Shown here in pieces: positions 25,590-38,829 of a DNA stretch of 64,000 nt. Under the pieces are notes generated by a model, which made no database searches, was not told where the DNA came from, and worked only from the letters and a program-made list of their open reading frames with translations. Both the position numbers and the translations under genes were made by a program. The first letter of the stretch is position 1; the number at the start of each line of letters is the position of its first letter. The stretch is from Epiperipatus broadwayi (taxonomy: Eukaryota > Animalia > Onychophora), in the NCBI GenBank assembly GCA_028023455.1, contig JAQFVV010000009.1, positions 9,362,001 to 9,426,000 on the forward strand, read 5' to 3'.

Positions 25590-27709
25590 GTATTCTTTTT
25601 TTAGATTTTTTTAGAGAACCAGGACACATGTTGGAATAGTGTTACTTACTTTTTTTATCTAAAGTTAGCACATGGTTTTCCTCAACATTTAAAAAAAATT
25701 CAAACTAGTAGTGGGTTAGTCTTACAAGTTTAACTTTTCAATATTCTCTTTACAACTAAACTGATACTATTGCTTTTAAGTGCTGTGTGAGACTGACAGT
25801 TACTGGCTAGATACTGAAGCCCATTTGTTTAACCTACTCCTATCTTATTTTTAGAACTTTCCAATTATCCATCCAATCATACACTATCTCAGAAGTGACA
25901 GTATCAATTCTGCCCACTTGATTCTATTTTTACAAAAAGATGATTTCCCACTTTTTTTAAATTAAAATTCCAATAATATCCTACTTATTGAAAAATACCT
26001 CTGTAGCTATTTTTTTAATTAAAAGGCACACATTAATCTTTTAATTTAAAAAAACATTACTTTTTTAGAGAGAGATAGAGAAAAAACCTTTTAATTAGTT
26101 GATTACAATGTCCAAAAAAGAAATTTGTAAACTTTACTTAAAGATTTTACTACCTTATCTTTCCTTTTTTTAAAAAAAGTTATAAAATAATATATAAATA
26201 AAATTACTGAAGAGAGAGAGAAAATATATATATATATTATATTTTTCTCTTTCTTTTATAACTATCTTTAATAAATATTAAATGTTTATATTTTTAATAT
26301 TTAAAATGTTTGGAACTTGTCATATTATCATTCATTGAATGTAACATAATAATAAGTTTCATAATTGACATTATGGAAAAAAATACAAAAAGGGGAAATA
26401 ATTCTATATATATATCATTGATATTTTTTAATTAATTAATTATTGACTTATTTTTTTATTTAAAATTCTGATTATATTGATGATAACTATGATCTCAAGT
26501 TTTCTATGCTGGGTCTTTGTAATAGATATATGTAAATGACTAATTGTTTGCTGACTGAATGTACTTAATAATTCCATGATTATAGTATCTGTATAAAACA
26601 AATTATATTATTTCTATAAACTAATAAAAACTTATGAGAATTATCAACTAATGTCAGTCATATGTTTTCATTACATAAATTTGCAAATTCAAGATAAAGA
26701 CTAATTGCAATGGAGTTACTCCCATTGCTGAAGTTACCACATACATTAGAATCTTGAGGATAATTACACATGTCATAATGAATTATAAATAATCATAGTT
26801 AATCATCATATTTAGCAATGGGAGCAAAACAAGAAAAAATAATGATGCATTAAAGAAGACAAATTAAAATAAACCATAGATTAATGGTTTTAATCAATTA
26901 TGTAAGAGATGGTTAATGTTAGGATGAGTAAGAGAAATCATGAAGACGATAAAAATTAAGTGATCCAATAATAATATAATAATTAGTGTAGTCTAAGTCA
27001 ATAGTATGTAATCTATTTACAACATTTTTTTAAAAATAATATTTTCATATTTACCATGCTTTATAAGTTTCCTTATCTTTTTTTTCCATAAAAAAATTAT
27101 AAAATTAATCATTTATTTATACTATCTGGTCTGCTTAATAAAGTCTAGCCATTGCTTTCAGAATAAAGTGCTCGCATAAAATTTTCAGCACTAGTGCATT
27201 ATCTTTCTTAGCTCATGTATAAGCACTAAAGAAAAATTTTTTTCCAACATACCATGACAGTAGTTCAGTATTTTATCTCATGGAAACAATTTTTGAGTTA
27301 GATATCTATGATAGTATGAAGTTTGCATTTGTCTGCTGGAATTACACGAGAGTTATTCCATGATGTACCTAATAGACTAAGCAGCATTTTATTTTTTGGA
27401 AGTTATTTCTGTTAAATATACATAATATAAAATTATGCAATTTTCATTATTCAGCAATTATTTGTAAAAAAAAAATATTTTATTTAAAACTTAAATAAAG
27501 CCATATCGTCTTTACCTCATATTTTATATCTATTATTAATTTAATTAGTTTCATTTATAAAATATTTATTATATGATAATTAGCAATATACATGAATGTG
27601 TATTGCTGGCTGTCTACTCATTAATTCCATAAAGTTTTGGAATCTGTATAAAAAGTTATATTTCTATATATAAAAAAAAGGTAATATAGTACACATTAAA
27701 GACAATATT

Positions 27710-28584
27710 ATATAATGAATGTGCCAATAGCTCCTAATAAGCTTTTCAGAATATCCCTATCCTCAAACTGGTTTCCAACTCTGGCTTTCATCAGTGAGGT
27801 GCTAGGATATTTGAGCATTAGATTTAAAACACCAGGTCAAGTCCAAAACTTTATCTGATGTTTAACTATTAAGTAAAAAGTCTGAAATTTTCAGACATTC
27901 ATATGCCTTCAAATCCAGCTATCTAACTTAAATAGCCAAATGGGACTGAACTAAGTTCAGATACACCATATATTAATAGCTTAGCAATACAAAATCACCA
28001 AAGCCTTAAGAGCAATAACAATAATTGCAAGGAAATCAAGTCATATATAATGTGACTTAATTTAATAAACCTGTATTACAAATGTTACATAATGAGCATG
28101 CCAATAGCACTTAACAAGCTTTTCAGAATATTCCTATATAACATTTGTAATACAAGCTTATTAAATTAAGTCATGTGACATATGACTTTATTTCTTTGCA
28201 ATTATTGTAATTGATCTATAGGATTTTGGTGATTTTATACTGTTAAAACTTATTAAAATATGGTATATCTGAACTTAGTTCAATCCCATATGGCTATTTA
28301 AGTTAGATAGCTGGATTTTAAGACATATAGATGTCTGAAAATTTTATATTTTCTACTCAATAGTTAAACATTAGATAAAGTGCTGGGCTTGACCTAGTAT
28401 TTTAAATCTAATGCTTGAATAACCTAGCACTTCACTGGTGAAAGCCAGAGCTAAAAAAACAATCTGTGAATAGGGATATTCTGAAAATCTTGTTAAGATT
28501 TATTGGCATGTTCATTATATCACATTTCTAATACAAGCTTATTAAATTAAGTCAAGTGATATATGACTTGATTTCCTTGCAATT
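27710..28584. mobile_element. Fold-back element with terminal redundancy (A-B-C-A | C'-B'-A'-C'), HHR family 2
   Basis: ~375-bp inverted arms (27710-28085 / 28140-28520); block A repeated at ~28095-28138; block C' repeated at ~28521-28584; short related piece at ~57840-57900. Confidence 0.85.
27761..27799 (-). ncRNA. Minimal type I hammerhead ribozyme (core intact)
   Basis: CCUCA-CUGAUGA-AAGCCAGAGUUG-GAAAC-CA-GUU|UGAGG: all core nucleotides present, 5-bp stem I, 2-bp stem III, short stem II. Mirror copy at ~28425-28465 is degenerate. Confidence 0.7.
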
Positions 28585-30349
28585 AGAGACAATATTAAGC
28601 ACAAACCCCATTTGCCAATCATAAATCATATTTTCCAATCATATAACTTTGCCTTATTCAAATTTGAAAATCCAAAATTGAATTGTCAAATTTATGTTTG
28701 TGATAGTGTTTTTTGACTTAACCATTGTTGGATTTATCATAAATATTGTTGATTATATCCATATAAAATAATATTATTGAATAAGAGATGAACACTAATT
28801 TATATTAACTAAATGTAAAAAAAGGAATAACATAGAATATAATCACTTTTAGCATTTTTGATTAAAATAAATTATGCAGACTTGTCATTATATGTTCGAT
28901 CTGAACAATAATGTTGTAATATAGTAGTCAAATTAACAATATTTACTAAGTAATGACAGTCTTAGATTCATGATTATAAGAAATGAAAAAAATTGGCAGA
29001 GAGAATAATCTAACTCTGCCAGAATCACTACTCTCTATAGGTTGCAAAAAGAGTGTAGAGTATATTCCATGCCATTTGGATATTTCGAATATTTTATAAA
29101 CCTTTAGATTAACCTTATTCTAGAGATTGGAATACATAAGTAATTCTTATCAATATTTTTTAAATTTTATTTCAATACATAACAGAAATTAAGCTGTTGC
29201 ATATGAATAAGAATACAGTTTCATTTTACTGGCATAGTCTTCTTTTAATAATATAAAATTTTTGCAATTATTTCAAGTCTATGATGCAAAAAAAAAAAAA
29301 ACCCCCAGCAGTTTAATTCTTTAACCAAGTATCTAAGTAAAATTACAATTGGAAGGAGTTGCATTAAAGAAACCAAATTTTACTTATACAGATTGACAAA
29401 AAGCAGTTCAATAAAAATAAATTTCTGTTGCAATTTGATGAAATCCAAATATTTCTAACACATTTTATCACAACTTATTAAAAAAAAAACTCAAAGGCAA
29501 TGAAATGATTATTGCTTGAAGCTAATGAGTGATAAATAGGGAAAAATAAATAAATAAAACAGCACTTCTATATATGTATTTACTTATTGTAACATTATAG
29601 TATTATTGTGAATAGGCTATTATAAATTTAAAATTGTGAAAATTCTATTGGCTTTAATTTTTATAGTTAAGCAAATATATTCACCACTATCATTGATTGT
29701 ATAGCATAGAATATAATCAATATCATGTTTAATAGTTTTTCTACTGATGTGTAAGAGAAATATATAATTTTATAAAGCATTTTTGAATGGCTTTCCAAGC
29801 AGGTTTTTTTTTTATAGACTTTTACATTTGTATTAAGAAAATATAATAAGTTTATATTTTGTTGCTATTCTTAGCAAGAAATAAAGTTATCAAAATAGAT
29901 AAATCAAAAGAAATGCTCACAATATATAAAACAAATAATTCAAAAATAGAAATATAGAATTTAAATCCAACATTACAACACTAAAATATTTTACTTATAT
30001 TTAGAATGTTTAAATTTTAGATTTAGAAAAAATTGATTTAGTTGTTAGAATATTTATTAAACAAGAAATTATTTATTAACAGGCCAATTTAAAATTAATT
30101 GAATAAATATCTGAGAATTTTAAAGTTTGTGATTTATTTATTTTGAATAAATATTTGTAAATATTCTTTTTTAAAACACGAAAATAAAAAAATGAAGCAA
30201 TTAAAAAAAAACTAAAATTATTATTATTATTATTTTCTTCATTTTTGGATGGCGTTTTTAAAATTTTGTTGCCTTAATTTAAAAATCTTAACTCTAACAT
30301 TTTGCCTGGCAATAACCATGATAACATTTCTGAACAAATGAAGAAATCC

Positions 30350-30450
30350 CAATGAATGATGGAGAATATTCTGTAATCCAGATATCATGTGATAACTGCT
30401 ATAAAAGCTGAAGTTTGATAAATCCAGACAGTCTGATACAAATTTTCATT
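30350..30450 (+). mobile_element. Possible GIY-YIG (PLE) fragment
   Basis: Translation YSVIQISCDNCYKS resembles the VY.I.C..C.K.Y motif; no further support. Confidence 0.2.
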
Positions 30451-32949
30451 GCTTTCAGGACCTAAACAGGTTCAAATTTTTAAATAGTTGTTTTGTTTGA
30501 TATCTATACAATGACGACTGGTTAAATAATTAGTTTAAGCAGTTTGCCTTTGTTAGGCAAATAACGTCTCATTGTTTTATAAAAAAGATGGACAACAACA
30601 AATAAACCATCATTGATTAAGTAATTCATTAATAAATCTCATTTATTATAGTGGGAAAATGGACAAATTGACTTGTGGAATGCTCACTATTTTAACAATA
30701 AATCATTGGATTTATTCGATTGAAAGTAATGGCAAGTAGTTGATATATTTTGAAAAATTATATTTCTTATTTTCAAATAAGTTGTTGGTGTTTATTTGTC
30801 AAATTATTATAAAAATAATTATTTTCTTCACTGCAAGAAATGATGTATATTTGTCTCAATAGTGTAAATTTATCTTGTCTTAATTATGAAAGAAAACGTT
30901 TTTAAACAATTTTTCAACTTAAATATTCCTCCATAAACTTGTCGCTTAGAGAACGAATTTTGATTCAAAAGGTAATGAAAATTGCTTTGTTATGAATAAT
31001 AAACTATTTGCTTTATCAAATATACGATCAGAATTACCGGCATCATAGATTAAAGATTAATAAATGAATAAATTAATTTTATATCTTAAATTAAAGAAGT
31101 AATGAACACTAATTTTTGGATAAAATTATAGCATCCATTCAAATGAATTAAATCACTGCTTGGAATAAACTGAAATAAAAGTACAAATTTGTAGCCAGTG
31201 CTTAAAAAATTGCGTTAAGGATTATTCATGCTAAATCTTTAAATACCATTCAATGGATAATAGATTATGAAGCTAAATATTTAAATGTCACTTCTAAACT
31301 GTGAATTATCAAATCAAATATTAAATATGATAAACATCCAAGTTATAAGCAGTCTTAAAAATGGATTAAGATAGATTATTTAATACATATTTTCATAATC
31401 GCTTCTTTCTTAGTTTATATTATAGCTGTTATTAATATAATAAAGTTTTATTAGATATTATTAAGCCATGTACAGGTAATATTTTATTTAATATTATTAT
31501 TGTTGATATTGAATGGGATTGAATGTGATTTACTTTAGGTTTGGGTTGTACAAATGTAAGCAATTATTACATATATAAAAAACTGCTATCATGCATATAT
31601 ATGTTTTATGAGGTTTTAAGTTTCAATCTCAAAGTTAAGTGGAGTTAATCATCCTTATATAAATTAGTAAATCTGTAAGAAATATTTTTTTCATTGTTAT
31701 GCAGCATGTAACAATAGATCTTGAGATAAAATAATTAAGTTCAATGTGGTAAATGTCATCTAGGTAGGTTAAGCAATAATTTGTTCTTGCTTCTCATAAA
31801 AGAGTGAAAACTTCTCCACCATTATTAAGTGATGTTGATTAATAATTGATTAGTTAGTGAAACCAACGAATTAAGAACGATCATAAAATATTTATCTTTT
31901 ATGATGATGATAATTCTTATCCTCTAGTATTTAAATTAAAATTAAAAAAAAAAAACCCAACCTATTCCTATTTAATGTTAGTGTCTTTACAACACCATCT
32001 GATAACACACTTTATATATATATACCCTAAGCTCAAATTAGATTTAAAAAATAAACAGTAATATTTATTAGATATTTTATGTATTTATTTATTGTTATTA
32101 TTCGCTTTAAGCATTTATTTTATATTGTGTAATAAATTAATTGTTAATTTTTTTAATATTTCTCTTTTGTCGTTATTAAAGAAACATCATCACTGCATAT
32201 TCACGATTTAAAGGCCATATTTAAGATATTAATTTATATATATAATCTATTTTTGGATTAAATACATCATTGTCGTATTAATGCTATCTGAAATATAAAA
32301 GTATTGGGTAAGATAGTGAACATAAAATCCCTTTTACATTATCATATCTTAAAATGCATAAACACATTTTATATCTATATATTTATATAATCCTGAGATA
32401 AATTATTAATCAACTTTGTATTTAAATTTGCTAGTCTTAGTGTAAAACAAAGATTAAGTTAGTCTTAATTAGTGCTTGTAGTAAGAAACAATATATTTGT
32501 ACCAATATTTATTATTAAAATGGAATAAGATTATGTATTATTATAAAACCCTGAGAAATTTATTTTTATTTTATTAAATGCGAATCTATTATCAAAGTAT
32601 AGAATAGTTTTAGCTTATGTGGAAATAGATCAAACTTGTATGCATAACAACTGCAAATCAAGTGAGGGATAGTATTCACACTGCACTGTTTCCAAACAGT
32701 CAAAGATGTGAACTTATTTCTCAGGATTCATCAATGTATTTACTAGCATATTGATAATGTTAGTATTATACCTACATTTTGACTGGATCTTGCCAGACAT
32801 TTTTCAAATAATAGATATAATTTAGATATGTTTCAAAGATATCTGAAAATCATTATATCAACATTTAATATCTATGATCCTACTTAATAAAAACCATATA
32901 GAAAAGTTCTTAAAAAATGAAATAATAAACAGAGAGATAATAAGCAATA

Positions 32950-34300
32950 CATTGTTTATAACTGTAGTAAATCACATGGGTGAACTCTGGCTCTAAAATA
33001 ACTCTTCCAAATAATTTTCAATACTAACCATTATTCCACATTTCTCCATTTTCATAACAAGATGCTGGATCAAGGAATAAAATTGTGAAATATGATATAC
33101 TACTTTATCATTTGGTCAAAATCTGTGTTATAATTTCTTGGAGGAAACATTATTGGAATAATTCTTTTGAGTATATCAGATGATTATCTTCAACAACAGT
33201 TATTGACTGACCTTAACATGACTTATAAGGATGTGATTAATTATGAAACATTTTTATAACAAGCAAAAAGTTTGAAAATTCCAAACCTCTCAGTAATGAA
33301 GATAAAGAAGTGACCACCAACCTAACTTATTAGTATTGCCATCCTTCTGAACACATAGTAGAAAATTATACATGGTCTAAAGAAACCATATAATTTGCAA
33401 AAGTAAAGTTAAATAACTAATACACATCATACAAAAAAAGAAAGATACTTGAGTTTCTCCAAAAGGTTAAAAACTCATTAAACTCAAAAAAGAAACAATG
33501 AGTTATTTTTGTATCATAAGAACAAAAAATGAACCAGATCAAATCATACTAAACATGAACAATGGTTTCACAATACAGAACCTTTTTATTGTCAAAAATA
33601 CATTGAATCATTTAATGAGAAAAGTGATCTTAAAGATTAAGAAAATCGAACTAAAATGATGAATAAATTACTGGAAATACCATTCCATTATATAATTCAA
33701 TGCAAATATGGATTAAGTTAAGTAATCTATTTTACAGCTTTATATAGTCAACATATTTCCATATCAGATAAAGATTGGTTAAACTATTAAATATTGCCCT
33801 TAGCTTAAGCAAAAAATTTAAAAATAAACTATCCAAAGTCATTTTGGTAAAATATATAATCATCGTTGCAAGTAGAAATAATGCTTAGGGATAATGTACA
33901 ATTCAATTTCATACAAATTTAGAAATATACCTCATGATAATGTATTATGAAAGGTACCTGTTAGGAAAGAATTTTATCAAAAAGAAATTGGGATAAAGTA
34001 TGTTAATTCCACTTAGTCTCCAATAATTAATAGTTGATTGGCAATACTGATCTATCACTTGTTTTGGCAATCTTTCAAAAATATGCTGGACAATGCATAA
34101 TAATATTATCATTTTCTACTAGGGTTAAACTAAGATATTATATTTATCCATGAAGGTCATCTAGAAATTGTATGAGCAAAACATTGGTTAGCTATTATTT
34201 ATGTATTGTGGCCAAGGCTTAATGGTCTTGGAAGATCACATCATGATATATGACAAGTATTAATCTTCTGACAATGAAACTATTAGAATCGTGCAGACTA
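32950..34300 (+). mobile_element. Probable heavily decayed LINE
   Basis: A-rich, coding-like composition with weak RT-like fragments; clade not assignable. Confidence 0.25.
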
Positions 34301-35132
34301 ATTCAAATAATTAAAAATACAAATGAAGCATTTGCCAAGCTAAAACAATGTTTTTAGGTGCCATAGACTACCCTCCAGGTACATTTTCAAATTTTTTTTA
34401 CAAACTTTGCCTTTCCACCTAAAGTCAAATAGAGTACAAAAAATATCCATGACATGTCATTTATTTCCACATGAATCAACATTCTACATCCTCAATTGTA
34501 ATAATAAGGATTAAAGCAATACCATTAAATATCTATGATATGACATTTATTTCCATATTGAATCATCATGTTACTTCCTCAATGTCAATGGGAAATGTCC
34601 GTCTGGAATACTTAAGGTTATATATCAATATATCTATTTTTATTGTTACCAATAACTAATATACCTTTAGATAGAATTAAGACTCACCTTATATTCATTA
34701 TAAGTGACATAATTTGAGTATGTTTATTATTAAGAAGGAAGTGCTAGTATTAAATTAGATAGTCACAGTTATTATTAAATAAAGTCATATATGTAACAGT
34801 TATTACTCCAATCACCTCCAAAAGTCCCTGGCCACTGATAGCCATCAAGTTATAAGTAGCACAGACCAAATAGCATTCATTACAAATGCATTAAAAGCAT
34901 CTGCAATCAAAATGACATCCAAAAAAGAAACAAAACTTGTAAGACTTTATTTTAATTTTTATATGGAGCAATGAGTCTTTGGAGCAAAGAGAACCATATT
35001 ATGTTTGTTCTTTTTAATCATATACATATGGTAGGGTAATTGACTACTAAACAAAACATGGTTTTAATTAAAATGTAAAAAAAATATGATGTATATATAA
35101 ATATGATTAATAATATTTAGTAAAGAACAGAC

Positions 35133-35495
35133 CAAGGGTCCCGAAACCTATGCCCACAGGCACCATGGTGCCCGCAGACCATTTTACGTGTGCCCACCGC
35201 TATCCGAGCACGATAAAAAATTATTTACCTGATACAAATAAAATTAATTTTTAAAATTTCTTATAAAATATTATATTGTAATCAAATTGTAGGGCATACT
35301 ATACTTTTACATCGTAAAAATATAAACATTAATTATATGTTAAAATTTTATTTTTGAAATAAGTATTTTTTTGTATATTATATGTAATATTAACAACATC
35401 CAACTATAATATTACATTGAAAAAATAAATAGTGCCCACCACCTGGCCCGTATTATAGAATGTGCTCTTAAGTGCAAAAAGGTTGGGGACCCCTG
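35133..35495. mobile_element. hAT (Charlie-type) MITE, 363 bp
   Basis: TIRs CAAGGGTCCCGAAACCT / AGGTTGGGGACCCCTG and a perfect 8-bp TSD GAACAGAC (35125-35132, 35496-35503). Confidence 0.9.
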
Positions 35496-35815
35496 GAACA
35501 GACTGTTGGATCAATAACATTTTTTATATAACATTTCTATAAGCTGGTCAGATTTAAAAGACAAGCTAATATTATTTCAGAGCCAATCATAAGTGGTGGT
35601 GAGAAGTTAACTCACCGATGGTGATGTCCTTAGAAAAAATTAGTTCTTTGATCTGACATTGATAAAAGTATTTTTCTTAGGGTTCATTGGCAAGAAATAA
35701 AAGGTGTAGAAAAATCAAGAAAAAAAAGAATCAGAGAATAAGATACTAATTTTTTGAAATTATTGCTTCTGTGGATTGCAAAAGCAGATTAGAGCTTGCT
35801 ATATTTCATTTGGAT

Positions 35816-36058
35816 CTCCTCCTCCTCCTCCTCCTCCTCCTCCTCCTCCTTCTCTCTTCTTCTTCTTCTTCTTCTTCTTCTTCTTCTTCTTCTTCTTCTT
35901 CTTCTTCTTCTTCTTCTTCTTCTTCTTCTTCTTCTTCTTCTTCTTCTTCTTCTTCTTCTTCTTCTTCTTCTTCTTCTTCTTCTTCTTCTTCTTCTTCTTC
36001 TTCTTCTTCTTCTTCTTCTTCTTCTTCTTCTTCTTCTTCTTCTTCTTCTTCTTCTTTT

Positions 36059-36089
<31 letters not shown>

Positions 36090-36177
36090 TTATTATTATT
36101 ATTATTATTATTATTGTTGTTGTTGTTGTTGTTGTTATTGTTATTGTTGTTGTTGTGGTTATCATTATTATTATTTT
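35816..36177. repeat. Compound trinucleotide microsatellite (CCT)n(CTT)n(ATT)n(GTT)n
   Basis: Read directly from the sequence; the (CTT)n block is ~230 bp. Confidence 0.98.
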
Positions 36178-36599
36178 TATTATATTTCAACAATAATCTT
36201 TATTAATTCATTGGGTTACAGAACATTACATAACATTGATTGTAAGGGTTACAAATGCAACCATGTTGTACAGGTTTTTATATGGATTAATTTTATGGGT
36301 TATATTAGTCTGGTTTCAAGATATATTCTTTTACAAATGCTGCAACTAATTTTGGATACAGAGATGGATATCAAGTTTAATCATTAAAGTCTTAAAAAAT
36401 AGTTCAATATAGTACTCAACTTCATAGATAGATAGATATGATCTGAGATTGTAGAATCTAGCATCATAAAGGAAGTTATTTACAGTCACTAAATTAATCT
36501 TGATTATTGTTCTTTTAATTGTTAATCTTGGAGTACAATAGGGAGGTAACTTATAATCTAAACTGTGGGTGCTATACAAAAAACAAAATAAATTCAGAG

Positions 36600-37400
36600 T
36601 AGAATTACATGAGGTAACAGCTGGTGGATTGCAATAGATGGGGTTTAAATTCTGTAGTCTGATGGTGGATAGAATTGAAGGCAGTTAGTGAAGGTGAGCT
36701 ACATTGGGAGTAATGGATGGTACCATTGAATGCTATTCAATGCATTTATTGTTGGACTATGATCTTTTATAGATTAATTGTTATTTTAGTAGTGATCAGA
36801 TGGCAGCAAAAATATCTGGGGATGCAGTATTGTTGTATCAAGTCTTGATTTGTTGGACCTTATTGATTAATGTAGCTGGGTATCTTGTGGTGTTGTTGCC
36901 GATGATGAAGATGCAGCAAGTGCATCTGAAGGCATACAGAATGAAAGTTGTTGTGCTTACTGTGGGGGCAGGTGTATCTTCTTGTAGGATTGAATTAGGT
37001 ATTGTATAGATGCAACTGGTCATCTGTATGTATTTAGCATGATAGTCCTGATTTAGTTGAGGTTTTAACATTGCTGGAATAGGTGTTGTTGAGTTTCCTC
37101 TGCTGCATGACATAAAGTGCAGAATGGATTTATATTTTTATATAGATGGTTATACCAAAGAAAATGAGATGTCAGCAAGGCATGTAGGCTAAGATGAACT
37201 AGTAATTGAAAAATTTAGGTTCCAGGGACTATCTTTTGAAAAAATGGATTATCTGGCAGTTATTGATACCCAGCATAGGAGAAAGAAAATCTCTGTTGGC
37301 TTCTGGATATAGCATAGCATATGTTTACAAGTATGTGTATTTATTAGTCATGGGGAATATTGATCGGCTGGATGCTGATAAGATTGTTTGGTAAAGTGTA
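36600..37400 (-). mobile_element. LINE 3' remnant with C-terminal CCHC zinc knuckle (I-group-like)
   Basis: Translation ...HLYKNINPFCTLCHAAEETQQHLFQQC at ~37068-37150; stops and frameshifts. Confidence 0.65.
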
Positions 37401-37499
37401 AAAATTTGTAAATAATTGTTAATTTACGTATTTATTTTACTAATTTTGTAATTACTGATTTTACCTGTTCAATTTTTTTAAAATTAAATGTTTGTTTAC

Positions 37500-38390
37500 A
37501 TTAATAAAGTTATGCAAATACTTTCAGCACAGAATATTTTGTTATAATTAACTCTTTTCCTACAATTTTCAGAATTCTACATATTCAGTTTTAAATATAA
37601 TTATTTTTAAGTTTATTTTGCCTTTTTTTTTTTTTTTTGCTGTGTGCATTATCTTATCTCATTAAAAAGCATATCATTAAATCAATTTTTTTTGTTTATG
37701 CTATCTGTATAACTATTTTTAGTAAGTTTCTGTTATCTTCTTGATCTTATTCAAGTTTAAGACATCTCAAAGATCTAGCATTTTAAAATGATTAGCAAAT
37801 TTAAACTTAATAAATTCATTGGAGTATTTCAAGTTATTTCTGTCTTTTATAATAGTTTTTATCTCTTTCTACATCTTGCTAAATGATGGTCACTTCCTAT
37901 ATTAAATCTGTTAAGCAAATTACTGTTCGAAATTTCTATCTTCTGTTATACAGAATCTAATCTATTTTTTTTTCCATTACAATTTTTTCGTCGGTTTTTA
38001 TAAAAACAAAGAATTTTCTACAAGGTTTTACATTTTTGTCTTTAAGTTCAAATTTATATTTTTTTAAAAATAATTATTGATCTCATATTTTAAAATGTTT
38101 TTTGATTTATTAAAAACATATAAAAGTTCTCTCTTTCATCAAAATAAAAACTTGGAGAAAAAAATCTTAATTTTCTATATTCCATTATTATGAATATCTA
38201 ATAAACCACTAATCTTTATAATGTTGTTCTTTTATTTATAATGTCTCCTCATATATATTCCTTAATTTCAATAATCATACTTTTATAGTTAATTATATGT
38301 TCATTTTTCAAAGTAAACATCTTATCTCTTCTTTCACTTTTACAATCTAACAATATCCATTTAATATATGATAATTCTATATGTAATGCA
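37500..38390 (-). mobile_element. RTE-clade endonuclease remnant
   Basis: LLNRFNIGSDHHLAR at ~37870-37925 matches the RTE EN C-terminal NRFNxGSDH motif. Confidence 0.6.
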
Positions 38391-38829
38391 GAAGTGAACA
38401 AAAGTATAAAACAATTTCTGTTATTCCAGCAATGAAAATATGACACTATAAAAGTTTCCTGAAGGTTTGTGATGATGGTATTTTTAGTTGTATTTATGTA
38501 TTGGAATACTTCTATCATCTAATATGAATATTGAATGTCTTTAGAAAAAATTAACTTTTATTTAAATATTCCAAATATATTCAACTGTTAGTAATAGCAT
38601 TACAGGTTAGTATATGCACAATGATTTGAGAGGTATTATTCTCCCCTCTTCTTCTGGTAATGACCAAAGACAATAATAGCATGGAAATCAAATTTGGACC
38701 CATACATTTTTGAATATTGAATTTTAAGATAATACTGTAACCAATTGAGCCATCCTGCCAAAGGCAACAGTCAGTAAAAATTTCATATATTTACCTATGA
38801 AGTTCCTCCATATTTCTCCACTTTTTCCT

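Noticed and set aside
35771-36387. Five long ORFs (poly-S, poly-F, poly-R, poly-L, poly-E)
   Set aside because: They are stop-free readings of the trinucleotide microsatellite; no splice or homology support.
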